NCBI GenBank assembly: GCA_021613535.1
Contig: CP075495.1
Location: forward strand, 4,154,001 to 4,218,000
DNA from: Adineta vaga
Lineage: Eukaryota; Animalia; Rotifera
DNA length: 64,000 nucleotides
Reading direction: 5' to 3'
The first letter of the stretch is position 1, and every line of letters starts with the position of its first letter. Shown here piece after piece: positions 1-11,900 of the stretch. The notes under the pieces were generated by a model. That model was given only the letters and a program-made list of their open reading frames with translations. It searched no databases and was not told where the DNA came from. Made by a program: the position numbers and the translations under genes.

Positions 1-455
1 AATCATTTGTACGATCAATCTCAAGGTAGAATTATCCAACTGTGTAAATGTCATCAACTTACTTAAAATAGTTAAGAGTACATTAATTGATAAAACTTGA
101 TCAAAATTTTGACATAAATATCTTCCACTATCTTGACCAACGACAGACTTGATAATTAAATCATATTTACCAGTAATTTCATATTTCTTCTTATCACCAG
201 ATATCTCTGTATTAACGGATAGAACAACACCATCTTTTGACCTATGTAATTTACCGAACAATCCAAACAAGAAAGGAAATATATAGTTATGACTACTGAC
301 CACATAACACGATCTCGTTCTTGTAATTGTTCAAAATAACAAGTAAGTATAACATCACGTCCTTGTTTTTCTGCAATTGTTCTTGTATCAACTATTCTTG
401 ATGCATGAATCCATTGAATAATAATAATAATCGATAAAAAGACTAAACAAATCAT
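1..455 (-). CDS. Secreted/cell-surface Ig-domain protein (lachesin/IgLON/DIP-like); 3' part runs off the window
   Basis: Signal peptide MICLVFLSIIIIIQWIHAS. Exon 455-301, GT-AG intron 300-242 and exon 241-63 give an Ig domain: VILTC...VMWSKDG...YDLIIKSVVGQDSGRYLC. Next donor GTAAGT at 62. Confidence 0.8.
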
Positions 456-834
456 TGATTAACAAACAATATTATAGAGAGAGAAAAAAACGGAAAATGA
501 ATCATCATTGTGTTAAATCTTACCAAAGACTGTTATTTGATACATTTGTTAGATTGAATTGAATACGTTAATCTGAATGCGAAGTGTAGAGATGAAATTT
601 TATTATGTTACGTCAAGTTAAAGTTCAACATAAGAATCTTTTATGTATTCGCTTTTGCTTCACATCTTTCGAATCACCGAATAGAAATGAATTTGTAAAT
701 AAACTAGATGACGACGAGCAAAAAGGATCAGGTCGATTGAGAGAGGATAGAAATAATTATGATTTCTTCGCCTTCTATACCAATAATGAGTAAATAGACA
801 TGCGGATGGTAAAAGAAATGAATGAACGGACACC

Positions 835-916
835 ACATCCTCCTCCTCCTCCTCTTCTTCTTCTTGTTCTTCTTCCTCCTTCTCCTCTCATCTCACGCTC
901 TCCTTCTCTATCTCTC
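835..916. repeat. (CCT)n/(CTT)n/CT-rich low-complexity tract
   Basis: Read directly; it lies upstream of the Ig gene and explains the spurious Pro/Leu-rich ORF 800..1111. Confidence 0.7.
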
Positions 917-2772
917 GAAAGAGAAAGCAAGAAAAACAGACACATCCATTATCTATGTATAGAACTCTTTAATTCCATTTTTACAGTTGTACATATATTT
1001 AAACTCATTTGTCATAATCATGTAATCATCATAGACATCCATACTAGCACTTGTCTCGTGAGTTTCAATTCTATCTTGACGATTGAGTTGTTCATGTTTG
1101 TCAAACATTAATTTTCCTCAAGATGTTCAATGTATTGATTTCCTTGAGCTATATATATTTGATTTGATTTAATTCAATAAATAAAGTGTTAGAATTGTTC
1201 ATCACAAGATGATTTACTTTTTTTGTTAATACAAATCAAATAAAAAAATCTTTACATTTGTTTTATACATATTTTTAACAAAGACGAATTCTTGTTATTT
1301 ATATCACACCTTTTTCTTCTTCTTCTTCTTCTTCTTCGATGAACTTCATTGAAAAAGAAACGATTAAGTGACTATATGTATAGCACAGTATGTGGCTTCC
1401 TTATTCCTCTAAAAAGCTATTCTCAGTCTATCTATGACTTTAATTATAGTCTGTACAATTGCTTAAACTTTTTTTTCTTTTTTTCATCGCTATATCCGGA
1501 TTCATCTTTGTCTTTCTTATGCTGACCGTTACGAAGACGCCGGCAGATGAGTGATTGAGATGGTGTCATTTCCTTGTGCAATCTTCTACTTATAGATTTT
1601 TGATTCCTATTGATGTATAAAGAGAAAGAGAGAGAAAGATGCAAAAGATTACAATGAGTATATGATAGATGTTTATTTATGTTCATCAAGGGCAGTAAGA
1701 CGATTGCATCAATTTTCTCTTTTTTCTTGTTTATTTTTTTATTATTATGATATTGATACGAAGGATGAACCTGTAACATTCAATGATGAAGAAGATGTTT
1801 TGTGGGAAGAAATAAATATCAATTAACTGTATTGTATATGTATATAGTGAGATCTAATATGATTTCCTAGAGATATTCAACACCAGAGATTTGTTTCACA
1901 TGAGTATGTTCTAGTGAATCGTTGTTTCTTTTTGATTTGATTAGTAATGAGATTATCTTTGATGTAATCTTATATATTATGATAGATGTCAAAGTTCAAT
2001 GTCTATTCTATGGAGATTTTCTAATAGTATTATATCTGCATAAGATCAACTTGAATGATAGTCATCATCAACTGGAACAATAATTGAACATGCAATGTGC
2101 ATATATTATAACAGGACAGAACCTTAACAAATTGATTGTATAAAATGCAAACGAAATGTATAAGTTTCATGTAGAATATTCAATAGCTAATCTCATGGTA
2201 AATTAATATTTTTGATCGTTGATCAATTATAACTGAGTCTAAATATTTCAATTCATTTGCCTTTTTCCTATATAGATGTCTCGAGTAATTAGAAAATTCT
2301 ATTTATATTAAAATGAAAACCAATCATTCCAATGTTAACAGATAAATGTTATTGACATTAGCGTTTGAATAAATTAGGACTTGAAAACTTGTAAGATTTC
2401 ATATCCGATGAAGGAGATAGAAATGCCTGAAACCATCTAGAGAAGATTGTTTATGACTGTTCTTACAATAATCTTACGTTAGTGCAAATCGTATAAAATT
2501 TTGAACTTTAATATATATTTTCGATTCAACTATGAGAAAATCTCAAATGAGATATCACAAACCTGTTAACGACAGTTAGAATATGCATTTTTCTGAGAAA
2601 TGACAAGATAACATGTATTGACAAAATATCTCTTTCTGGTATTCGATTTAAAATCGAAAGTATTTAGTTTATTTTCCTTTAATAAACTAGACATACATTA
2701 GTTCAAACTACAAAAACATAGCAAACATGCATAAACATATAATTTGAGAATCTAACTCGGAGATGATAAGTA

Positions 2773-3959
2773 CTATGAGATAACATTTGTTGTGAGTTGC
2801 TGTTGATTTAATTGTTGTTTCAGTTGATGAGCAAGACGAGCTAAATGATCATTACGTTCACGTAAATATTGAATTAAATCGCCTTGTTTTTCGAGAACAT
2901 TTTCTGTATAAGTTTCATCACTAAAATAAACGAATATTTCTTTTAATAAAAATCAATTTCAATCAACAACAAACCGAAAACCAATTTCATTGGCTGATGT
3001 TTGTGGTGTAATAAAAGTTGAAAGTAAGTCATCTTGTGTAGCATCTGGACGTGCTCGTTCTTTATTAAATTTAATTGTTATAACTTAAAAACATAGAGAC
3101 ATTAGAGAAGGAAAGATATATATATATATATTTGTAATCTTACCAAGATAACAAAGAAGTACAATCAAGATGATAATTACTTCAAGAGTAGTAAGAATTG
3201 CAAGACAATGCCACGGTTGAACTGGCAATATTAATGATTGATAATCTTCAAGTAATTTGATCATTGCAACCAGAATCGCATTACCTTGAAAGAAACTTGA
3301 AATATTGTAATTCAAGATTTATTTTTAGTACCTGTTGAAATAACAATTAATGGTGTACGTCTTAAATTTCTTGTTCGACGATAGAATTCAAGATATCCAT
3401 ATTGACGAGATAAATCTTGATAATAATGATACAAACTAAAGAGATTATTGCAAAAAGAAAAGAGAAAAATTTCATTCTATATGTTCATTCTCTTTTTTCT
3501 CTTCGTTAAGAGTCATGGCTTTAACATACCGATCAAATATGACACTAATAATATAAGAACCGGCATGTATATACAATGCGATATTGTATGGCGAATGATT
3601 ATCACATATTTGTTTGATATTTTTATCATAACATAGAAATGGAAATAGAACAATAACGGTTTCGAACATAATCTAAAAATGCAGATAAAGATTTCATTTT
3701 TACTAAAAATTTCCTCTTACTGTAAATAAAATATGAATAACAATAAATATTGTCGTTGGTATTCGTCGATAGGGTTGTTCTGTCCTCACAATTAAGGGCA
3801 GAGTATCGTTTGTAACATCATCATTTATGTTCATTAAACGATCTTCAAATGACATGCCCTAAATAGGAAAAAAAGGGATAAGTTCATAATACCATACATC
3901 ATAACAATGATTCAACATACTCCTCCATGCCGTCCTTGTTGAACATTTAAACTAACCAT
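2773..3959 (-). CDS. TMEM192: Transmembrane protein 192 (lysosomal), multi-exon
   Basis: Spliced product MVSLNVQQGRHGG...YGYLEFYRRTRNLRRTPLIVISTGNAIL...FNKERARPD...ENVLEKQGDLIQYLRERNDHL matches remembered TMEM192 motifs. Stop TAG at 2775-2773. Confidence 0.85.
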
Positions 3960-4036
3960 CTGAAAAAGAAAATCGAAAGAAAACGAAAACTATTTTCAAT
4001 GAAATAAAACACTCTGTAGTCTTTTTTTTCAAATCA

Positions 4037-4787
4037 TTAATCCCAACCCGAATCCCATGAACTCTCTGTTTTGTTTTCAATTTCTTTCAATGGTGGATCA
4101 ATATATGGATGTTGTTCAACATATTCTATTACCGTTCCATTCCACTTTAGTAAATCTTTTAACCATTTTCTTAAATATCCATTTTCAGCTAAGAGATCAT
4201 CTTCATAGATTCGTATACTATGATTATCATCATATAATTCAAATAATTTCCATGTACGAGGATGTATCGATGTATTTATAGGATTATCGCGGACTTTTAA
4301 TTTATTATCATCAATTAATAATGTATTATCACTTAGTTCACGATCACTGGGTTGATTAACTAACCAACGTTCGTTAACATCTACTGCTTCCCATACTGAT
4401 GTTAAACGTTTATAGAAGGATCTCATTTTTCGGATCTGTTGCTGTCGGATCTTCTTCAACAAAACAATGTTCTTGATTCCACCAAAATAATAATCGATCA
4501 CGTTCATGTTCTTCAGGAAATAAGGATTCAACAATAGGAGCAATATTATGCTGTAAGACAGATGACCAGATAGCCACATGGAAATTTTCCATTAACCAAT
4601 TGAGAAATGATTTTATATGTGGACGAAACCATACAGCAAAATTACCTTTCTGTTCAGGGCGAGTTAAACGATCAAGCTGATATTGTTCTTCGAATAGACG
4701 TTTACATTTAAAATAATCATTTTTATAAAGACGATGAATGAGAAGACCATTGAGATCAAGAATTATTAAACGCTTCAGTTTGGACAT
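4037..4787 (-). CDS. Intronless NIF/FCP1-like HAD phosphatase, split by a 1-bp frameshift at about 4426-4430
   Basis: LIILDLNGLL (motif I variant), RPHIKSFL..FHVAIWSS and WNQEHC in ORF 4410-4787; FYKRLTSVW and NTLLIDDNKLK..NP.NTSIHP in the overlapping frame. Removing one A from an A5 run joins them. Confidence 0.8.
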
Positions 4788-5137
4788 CTTTGGGAAAATA
4801 TTTAATTTTAGAATGTAAGGTGATGGAATGAAAGAGAAAAAATGAATGAAACTTCTGTCTGTGAATCATTGAGAAAATATTCATTGGTCAAAACTAGAAA
4901 CCAATCAATGAAATCATAGATATCAGTTTGTAGAAGAAGATATTGCGAATAAAATAGTTTTGATCAAATGATTTAGAATATTTTTTCGTTGGATTATTTT
5001 ATATGTGATATCCATTGAGTATGATACGATAATTTGATCAGTTGTTTGAATGACTAATGATAAAAATCTATGTTATCATCGTTACTTCTGTTCTTTTTTT
5101 TTCATTTTCGAGATCTTTGAACTTACGGTAAAGGAGA
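4788..5137. promoter_or_regulatory. Probable bidirectional promoter between the NIF-phosphatase/TMEM192 unit and MFSD1
   Basis: 350-bp gap between divergent start codons; opposed CCAAT boxes (ATTGG at about 4883, CCAAT at 4901). Confidence 0.45.
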
Positions 5138-7009
5138 ATGGATAATTCAACAGCTATAAATAATGAACGTGATCAATTAGTTAGTCGACAAGCAAACACC
5201 AGTGGATTACTCAATCCACGTGGACCATATTTGAAATGGATTGCTGTATTCTTCATGTGCTTTCTATCATTTGGTAAAAGACAATAATTCTTGTATGAAA
5301 ATAAAAACTATGTTTCAAGAATCTCATTTTAGGTTCATATTATTGTTATGACAATCCAGCTGGTTTACAAGATGTAATGAAGGATGATTTGAAAATCTCT
5401 TCATCGACATTTACATCTTTCTATTCGTGGTATTCATGGCCGAATGTTGTGTAAGTGATAAGAATTGTTTCAAAGAATATATATTCGATATATAAATTGT
5501 CAATAGACTTGCTGCTGTTGGTGGTATTTTAATCGATAAATGGCTTGGTGTCGCTCGTGGAGCAACTGTCTTTTGTGCTTTTATACTCGTTGGACAAGTC
5601 ATTTTTGGTCTTGGTGGTTATTTTCGTTTAATATGGTTAATGAATGCTGGTCGATTTATTTTTGGTATTGGTGGTGAATCACTTTCAAGTGCACAAAATG
5701 CATATGCTGTTGCATGGTTTTTTGGAAAACAATTGAATTTTGTCTTTGGTCTACAACTTTCATTTGCTCGAGTGGTTTGTATCATATTAACAATTTTATG
5801 ATCGATAGAACAGTTTTTTTTTATTCACATTTCTTTCTTACTTACAGGGAAGTTTGGTAAACATGAATACAATCCATCGTATTTATGATTCGCTTGGCTC
5901 AGATTCAACCGGTCCACATCGTATTGGTACTACACTTTTAATTGCTGTATCGACTTGTATTGTTTCATTGGCTTGTGCATTAATCCTTTGGATATTAGAT
6001 ATTCGACGACGAAAAGTAGTTCAAGAAGATAATCCACCAGATCCAGGTTTGTTTTGTTTTCTTTTAAATATATTATTCATTCTGTTTTATTCTATCTCTC
6101 TTTCTAGATGATGAATTTCATATTCGAGGTATATTATCTAGCGCTTAACTGAATGAAAAAATCAATGATCAATGTATGTTTTTTTTGTTGATATTTAGAT
6201 ATTCGTCACTTTTCTGCTTCACTCTATTGTGTATTTATTATTTGTGTATTCTATTATGTTGCCATATTTCCATTTATTGCTGCAGCACAATTACTCTTCG
6301 AATCGAAATATAACTTATCACCTGCTTGGTCAAATGCTTGTAATAGTTTAGTTTATTTCATGTATGTTTGTAAAATGAATGATTAATGAAGTCTAGACGA
6401 AAAATATCATTTTCAGGTCAGCTATACTTTCACCACTTCTTGGTTATGTTGTCGATCGAACTGGTAGAAATCTTTATTGGTTAATGGGCAGTATAACAAC
6501 AACTATTATTGCACATGCTCTTCTTGCATTTCTTTTCGTTCATCCAGTTGTTCCTTTGGTTTTAATGGGTATCTCTTATTCCATCTTAGCTGCATCATTA
6601 TGGCCCATGGTTGCCTTTCTTGTTCCAAAGAAAATGTTAGGTACAGCTTATGGTTTTATGCAATCGATTCAAAATCTTGGTCTTGCTGTTATGTAAGTTT
6701 TTTTTATACACATTTATGAACTTTCGCTTTATCATATTCATTCTTAGGAATATCTTTACTGGTTTAATTCTTGATAGTTATGGTTACTTTATGCTTGAAA
6801 TTTTCTTTATCATCTGTCTTGAAATTGCTCTATTAGCAGCTGCATTCCTTTACGTTTATAATTCGATTAAGAAAGGTATGCTCAATGATTCTCCCGTTGT
6901 TCGACGTGCTAAACAAGCTGAACTTGATGCAAAAAATAATACAACAATAAGCAATATAGTCGATTCACCTGTATCATCTGAAGATGACAATAAAGTTTCT
7001 TATTCTTAA
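5138..7009 (+). CDS. MFSD1: Lysosomal MFS transporter MFSD1, multi-exon with a microexon of about 21 nt near 6109-6129
   Basis: FMCFLSFGSYYCYDNPAGLQ, YSWYSWPNVV, GRFIFGIGGESL, ASLWPMVAFLVPKKMLGTAYGFMQSIQNLGLAV; canonical GT-AG introns. Confidence 0.92.
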
Positions 7010-7198
7010 TCAATTATATTGAATAACGATTCAGAATGTCTTTCAAAACATTAATTTTTCTTTTCTTCTTATTGTGATTTATTTTAAACATTTGATTTTT
7101 ATAGAAAAAAAGAAGCATTTACAACGAAGTTTCGAATGATTATAACCTATTTTGAATACAAAAAATAAAATAGATTTTAGATTATACGAAGAGAGAAT

Positions 7199-8832
7199 AT
7201 GCTCTCGGCACTACGATCAAGACTACTGTATCAGAAGTGTTGGTCAATTCCTCATACAATAAAACTTTTCGAACAACAAACAATAAAACTAAATCATCGA
7301 ACATTCACATGTTCTGCTTTATATTTTCAAAAATCATCACAAACTTCCAATGAAGCTTCGTCATCATCATCAAAACTATCATCAGTAATGGGTGATCATG
7401 AAAATAAAACACCATTTATATTTTCTAAAACATCAACTGATCCAAAACATACAAAAGAACAAACAGATGAAGAAAAACGGGAACGTGATGCCAAAGCAGC
7501 ATGGGACATTCGAATGTTAAAATATACTGGTTATTTTCTTGGTATATGGTTAGTTTCAACCGTTGGTTATATTATTCTTGTTTGGGGTGCACCACAAATT
7601 GATCAAGAAGGAAATATTATACATGATAAATATTCCGAATTGCCAACATGGCAACAATATGTGAAACGATCATTTCGAGGTATTATCGATTATTGGCAAA
7701 CAATTAAAGATCCAACTAGTGATAAACTTTTACCTGAACCATTACCAGCACCTTATCAACCATTATATACATTAGTTATTGAAATGTCAGGAGTATTATT
7801 ACATCCTGAATGGGCTTACAATACAGGCTGGAGATATAAGAAACGACCAGGATTAGATTATTTTATTAAAGAAATTGGTTATCCTATTTATGAAGTAGTT
7901 ATTTATACAAAAGAAACACCATGGGTATGAAGATATCTAGATATTGATTTTTAGTTCAAACAGTGCAACAGGAGGTTAGATCATCTGGAACTTTATTCCT
8001 TCAATGAAAAATAATTTCTTCGTTTAAAATTTGTGTTAGTACTAAATAGAATCAAGGAGAACTGCTATTTGCTTGTAAGATAAGATAAGTTGACGTCTTT
8101 TTGTCCTCTACCTGATTAACAACATTTTGATAAAATGTAACGATATAAACATCTTCTACGATCTATGAATCATCTGAAATGTTTTTTCTAGGCTGCTCAA
8201 TCTGTTATTGAAAATATGGATAAAGAACATCGTATAATGTATCGTTTATTTCGTGAAAATACGCGTTTCATCAATGGAACACATGTTAAAGTAAGGAAAT
8301 TTGTTTCTATTTTTATATTTGAATAAAAATAAACGAAATTTTCTATTTAGGATCTTTCATGTCTGAATCGTGATATTAAAAAAGTCATTTTCTTAGATTG
8401 GGATGAGAAATCTTATCAATTACAACCAAGAAATGCTTTACATCGATTGAAAAAATGGGATGGAGAAGATGATGATAGACAATTACTTCATTTAGCTGCA
8501 TTTTTAAGAAGTTTGTTCATTGAATTTTTCTCTCCCTCGAAATTAATTTCTTTGTCATTATATTATAGTGATTGCAGCCAGTGGAGTTGAAGATGTTCGT
8601 GATGTACTTGATCATTACAATCAAGAATCTGATCCAATCGAAGCCTTCTTATTTCGACAACAGAAATTACTAGTATGATCAAGATAAATTTTGTTTTCTA
8701 TTCAGATAGGCATACGTTTTATTATTTATTCAGGAAGCTGAAGAACAAAAACGACAGGCAGCAGCTGCAGCAGCTAACTCATCTGGTAAACAATCGAAAG
8801 GTTTATTTGGCAATTGGACAAAACGATTCTAG
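7199..8832 (+). CDS. TIMM50: Mitochondrial import inner-membrane translocase subunit TIM50
   Basis: Presequence-like N-terminus, one [54 protein letters not shown], later [14 protein letters not shown] and [11 protein letters not shown]. Stop TAG at 8830-8832. Confidence 0.93.
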
Positions 8833-8949
8833 GAAAATCATCATTTCATATTATTTTCTTTTTCTCTTTTTCACTCTCGCTGTGCTTCCATTATCTCAAA
8901 ACAGTTTTTTGTTTCTTCTGTTGTGTTTATTTCTAGATAGAGAGAAAAA

Positions 8950-11900
8950 ATGAGTGTGTTAGAAATTCATCATGAATTTTTCGATATTCAAACACGAAAT
9001 GTTGAACAGCTTTATCAAGCCTTTTGCAATCATGTCTATTTGGGTCAATGGGAATTTGCTCGAATATGTTTACAAATTCTATTTCACAAACGATTAGAAT
9101 TAAATCCTAATTTAGAAGAATTATTAATCGATATTATACGCAATCCGACAACTTATTGGTTCGAAACGACGACAAAACGTTTAGATAAAATTCAGATTTT
9201 CTTCTTTCATTTTAGTACGGGATCAAAATCAATACCAACACCTTTCCATTTTGCTCTGCTATTAGTTGAAGAATGTCGTGCCAAACAATATTTAGATATC
9301 GTAAGTAAATTTTCAATGTTAAAACCTAAATAATTGTATGCGAATTTGTAGGCAATTGTTGATTCATTGAAATATTATGCAAATTTTCAATTTCTCTTAG
9401 CTGTAGGTGATATTCAACCAAGTGCTCAAGTTGTTCAAGTATGTAAAAATGATTAGAAGAACATGAGTCTGTTTCAGTCATCATCTTTATTCTTTAGGAT
9501 TTTAATCATCTTCATAAGAATACAGATGCTACTCCTTCCACTCTTTTAACTGATTCTATGGCTGATTTTCTTGTTGATTTATGGTTATATGAAATTCCTC
9601 GTGTTTATACTCTCGTTCGTATATATCTCTATTCATCTATTCCATCTATACATATTTGGTTAATACAAATTCATAAACGTGCTCTTGATCTCTGTTTACA
9701 ACAATTAAAAAGTTTAAATAATGAACAACAAAAAACGAATCTTATTGATTTACTTATATCATTACATTTCTATTCATGTGAAACAAATGAATTTCGTGGA
9801 ACAATACGTGATACATTGAAAAAAATCGTTATTTATGCAACTGAAGCCAATGATAATAATGGACAATTGTTTAATTTAAAAATTTTATATCGTTCAGTTT
9901 TAACCAACGGTCATTTAGCACGTTTCATCAGTGATTTAGAAAGTGATTATCGACGAGAATTATTAAATAATGAAACAATTATTATACATTTTCTGAAAAA
10001 GAATTCATTTGAAAAAGAAGATTTCTTTTGGAAAGAACTTTATTTATATTTAATTGAAAATAAATTAGATTTAACATCTTGTGTTCTTGTAAGTTTTCTC
10101 AATTTTTAAAATTTCTAATGCAATGTTTACATTTAGAATGATGCCATATCAATGATGCAAAATCGTGATTATTCATCATTAGATCAGTTATTAAATATAA
10201 AACAATTATCATCTTTACATCTCTATATATTTCTTCTTGCATGGACACATGTTCGAACAATTAATGATGCACTTGTTTTACATGGTTCAATCGATTTAAT
10301 CAAAGATAAAAGTCCGATGTTAACGAAATGTTTAAATTTATTTTCATCACATATTGAATTTATTACTTGGTTATACAATGCTCGAAAGTAAGTTGAAAAA
10401 ATGTAAAGAAAAATCAAAATTTCTTTGATATTTAAATTCATTCATTCGATTAGAATTGATTTGTAAGTATTCATTGCTCTGATTCGACTAAATGATTTGA
10501 AAAGAAGTTGTTTCTTGTATAAATAAATAGAAAAAAACCAAATCATACGTTGATTTTATTTAAAGGTATCATGATGGTGTATCACCTCTACCAAATATGT
10601 CGGATCTATTAGCTTTATGCTACAAACAAGTTCACCATTAGCATTAATGCATCGATATTTGGATATGCAAACAATTGATTCAACGCATCTTTTAGAGAAA
10701 TTAGAAAAGACGTTAGTTAATATCGATGATGAACATGAAAAACCACCAATGAAACGTACATATCTTATACCAATTATAATAAGATGATAATTTCAATTCA
10801 TATTATTCTTTATTTTAGGTGTTCGATTTATTGATAATCCAACGAATCCATTAGATACTGTTGGTTTATCACAAACAACAGCATCAATGATATTTCTTGG
10901 TTATCTTTCTATAAATAGTGTTATTCAACGTATTTTATCAACTGATACTCATCTTGAAGCAACTGATTTATTTTCTTTAACAAAAACATATTTAAGTAAA
11001 ATCTATCCCTTACGTTTTCGTCTTGAATTATTAGAAAATATCTTTTCATTGGTATTTATTCAACAAAGTGAATTGAAAATCGATGAAACAATTGAAATTA
11101 TAGAACAATCTGTTAATACACAATCATCATCATTAACAGCATCAGATAAATTTCTTTCTTCATTACAAAGCAATTTAACAAATGATAGTTTTCATACATC
11201 GACAAATGCTAGTATTAAAACACAATTATCAAGTCGAAGATTTGATAATGACTTAGATGAAAATACCGAAGATAATGCATCAGTCTGTAGTAGTTCAATG
11301 AGTTCAATTGGTGCATCACATCATCATTCCATATATCGATCAGGTTTATTAATAAGTCAACATGTACTTCATCAATTATTAACATTAATACGCGATCAAT
11401 TAAGTGAAGCTCGAACACTTCATCAAAAAATTAAAGATAAAGCAATTGATCGTGAAACAGTCGATGGTGAAACGGCGTTAGATAGATGTTTTCTTGGATG
11501 TTCAATTCGAACTAGTGAACAATTTCTAAGTCGAGCATCGAAATTAAGTAATATTGTGAGTGAAGCATTATGGAGATATCAATTATTAACAACAAATGCA
11601 AATGATTTATTACTACAAGAAAATAAACATGATAGATTAGAAGCTCAAGATGATTTAATTTATAATCCAACAATAAAAAAACTTCTCCTTCCAATTCGTA
11701 AGAATTCGAATGAAAGATTTTTTATTCAATATCTGTTTTCTTCGTTTATCTATTTAGCTGTTCATCGACATTCACATCGACGAAAACGTCGATCACGTCT
11801 TTCAGAAAGTAGTGCATCAAGGTAAATTCGATTATCATTTGAAATTAATTAATGATATTTCTCGTCTTTCTAGTATTGCTTCATCATCCCATTCAACTCA

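Noticed and set aside
605-1779. ORFs 605..793, 800..1111 and 1444..1779
   Set aside because: They arise from low-complexity or simple-repeat sequence, with no domain or exon structure; probably regulatory/UTR DNA of the Ig gene.
4410-4440. Programmed +1 ribosomal frameshift in the NIF phosphatase
   Set aside because: No stop or recognisable shift motif at the A5 run, and similar indels occur in five unrelated genes, which favours assembly error.
7770-7810. Degenerate phosphatase motif (EMSGVL) in TIM50
   Set aside because: Loss of DxDxT is normal for TIM50.
7925-8191. Unusually long TIMM50 intron as a snoRNA host
   Set aside because: Only weak H/ACA-like boxes; I could not establish convincing hairpins or C/D boxes by eye.
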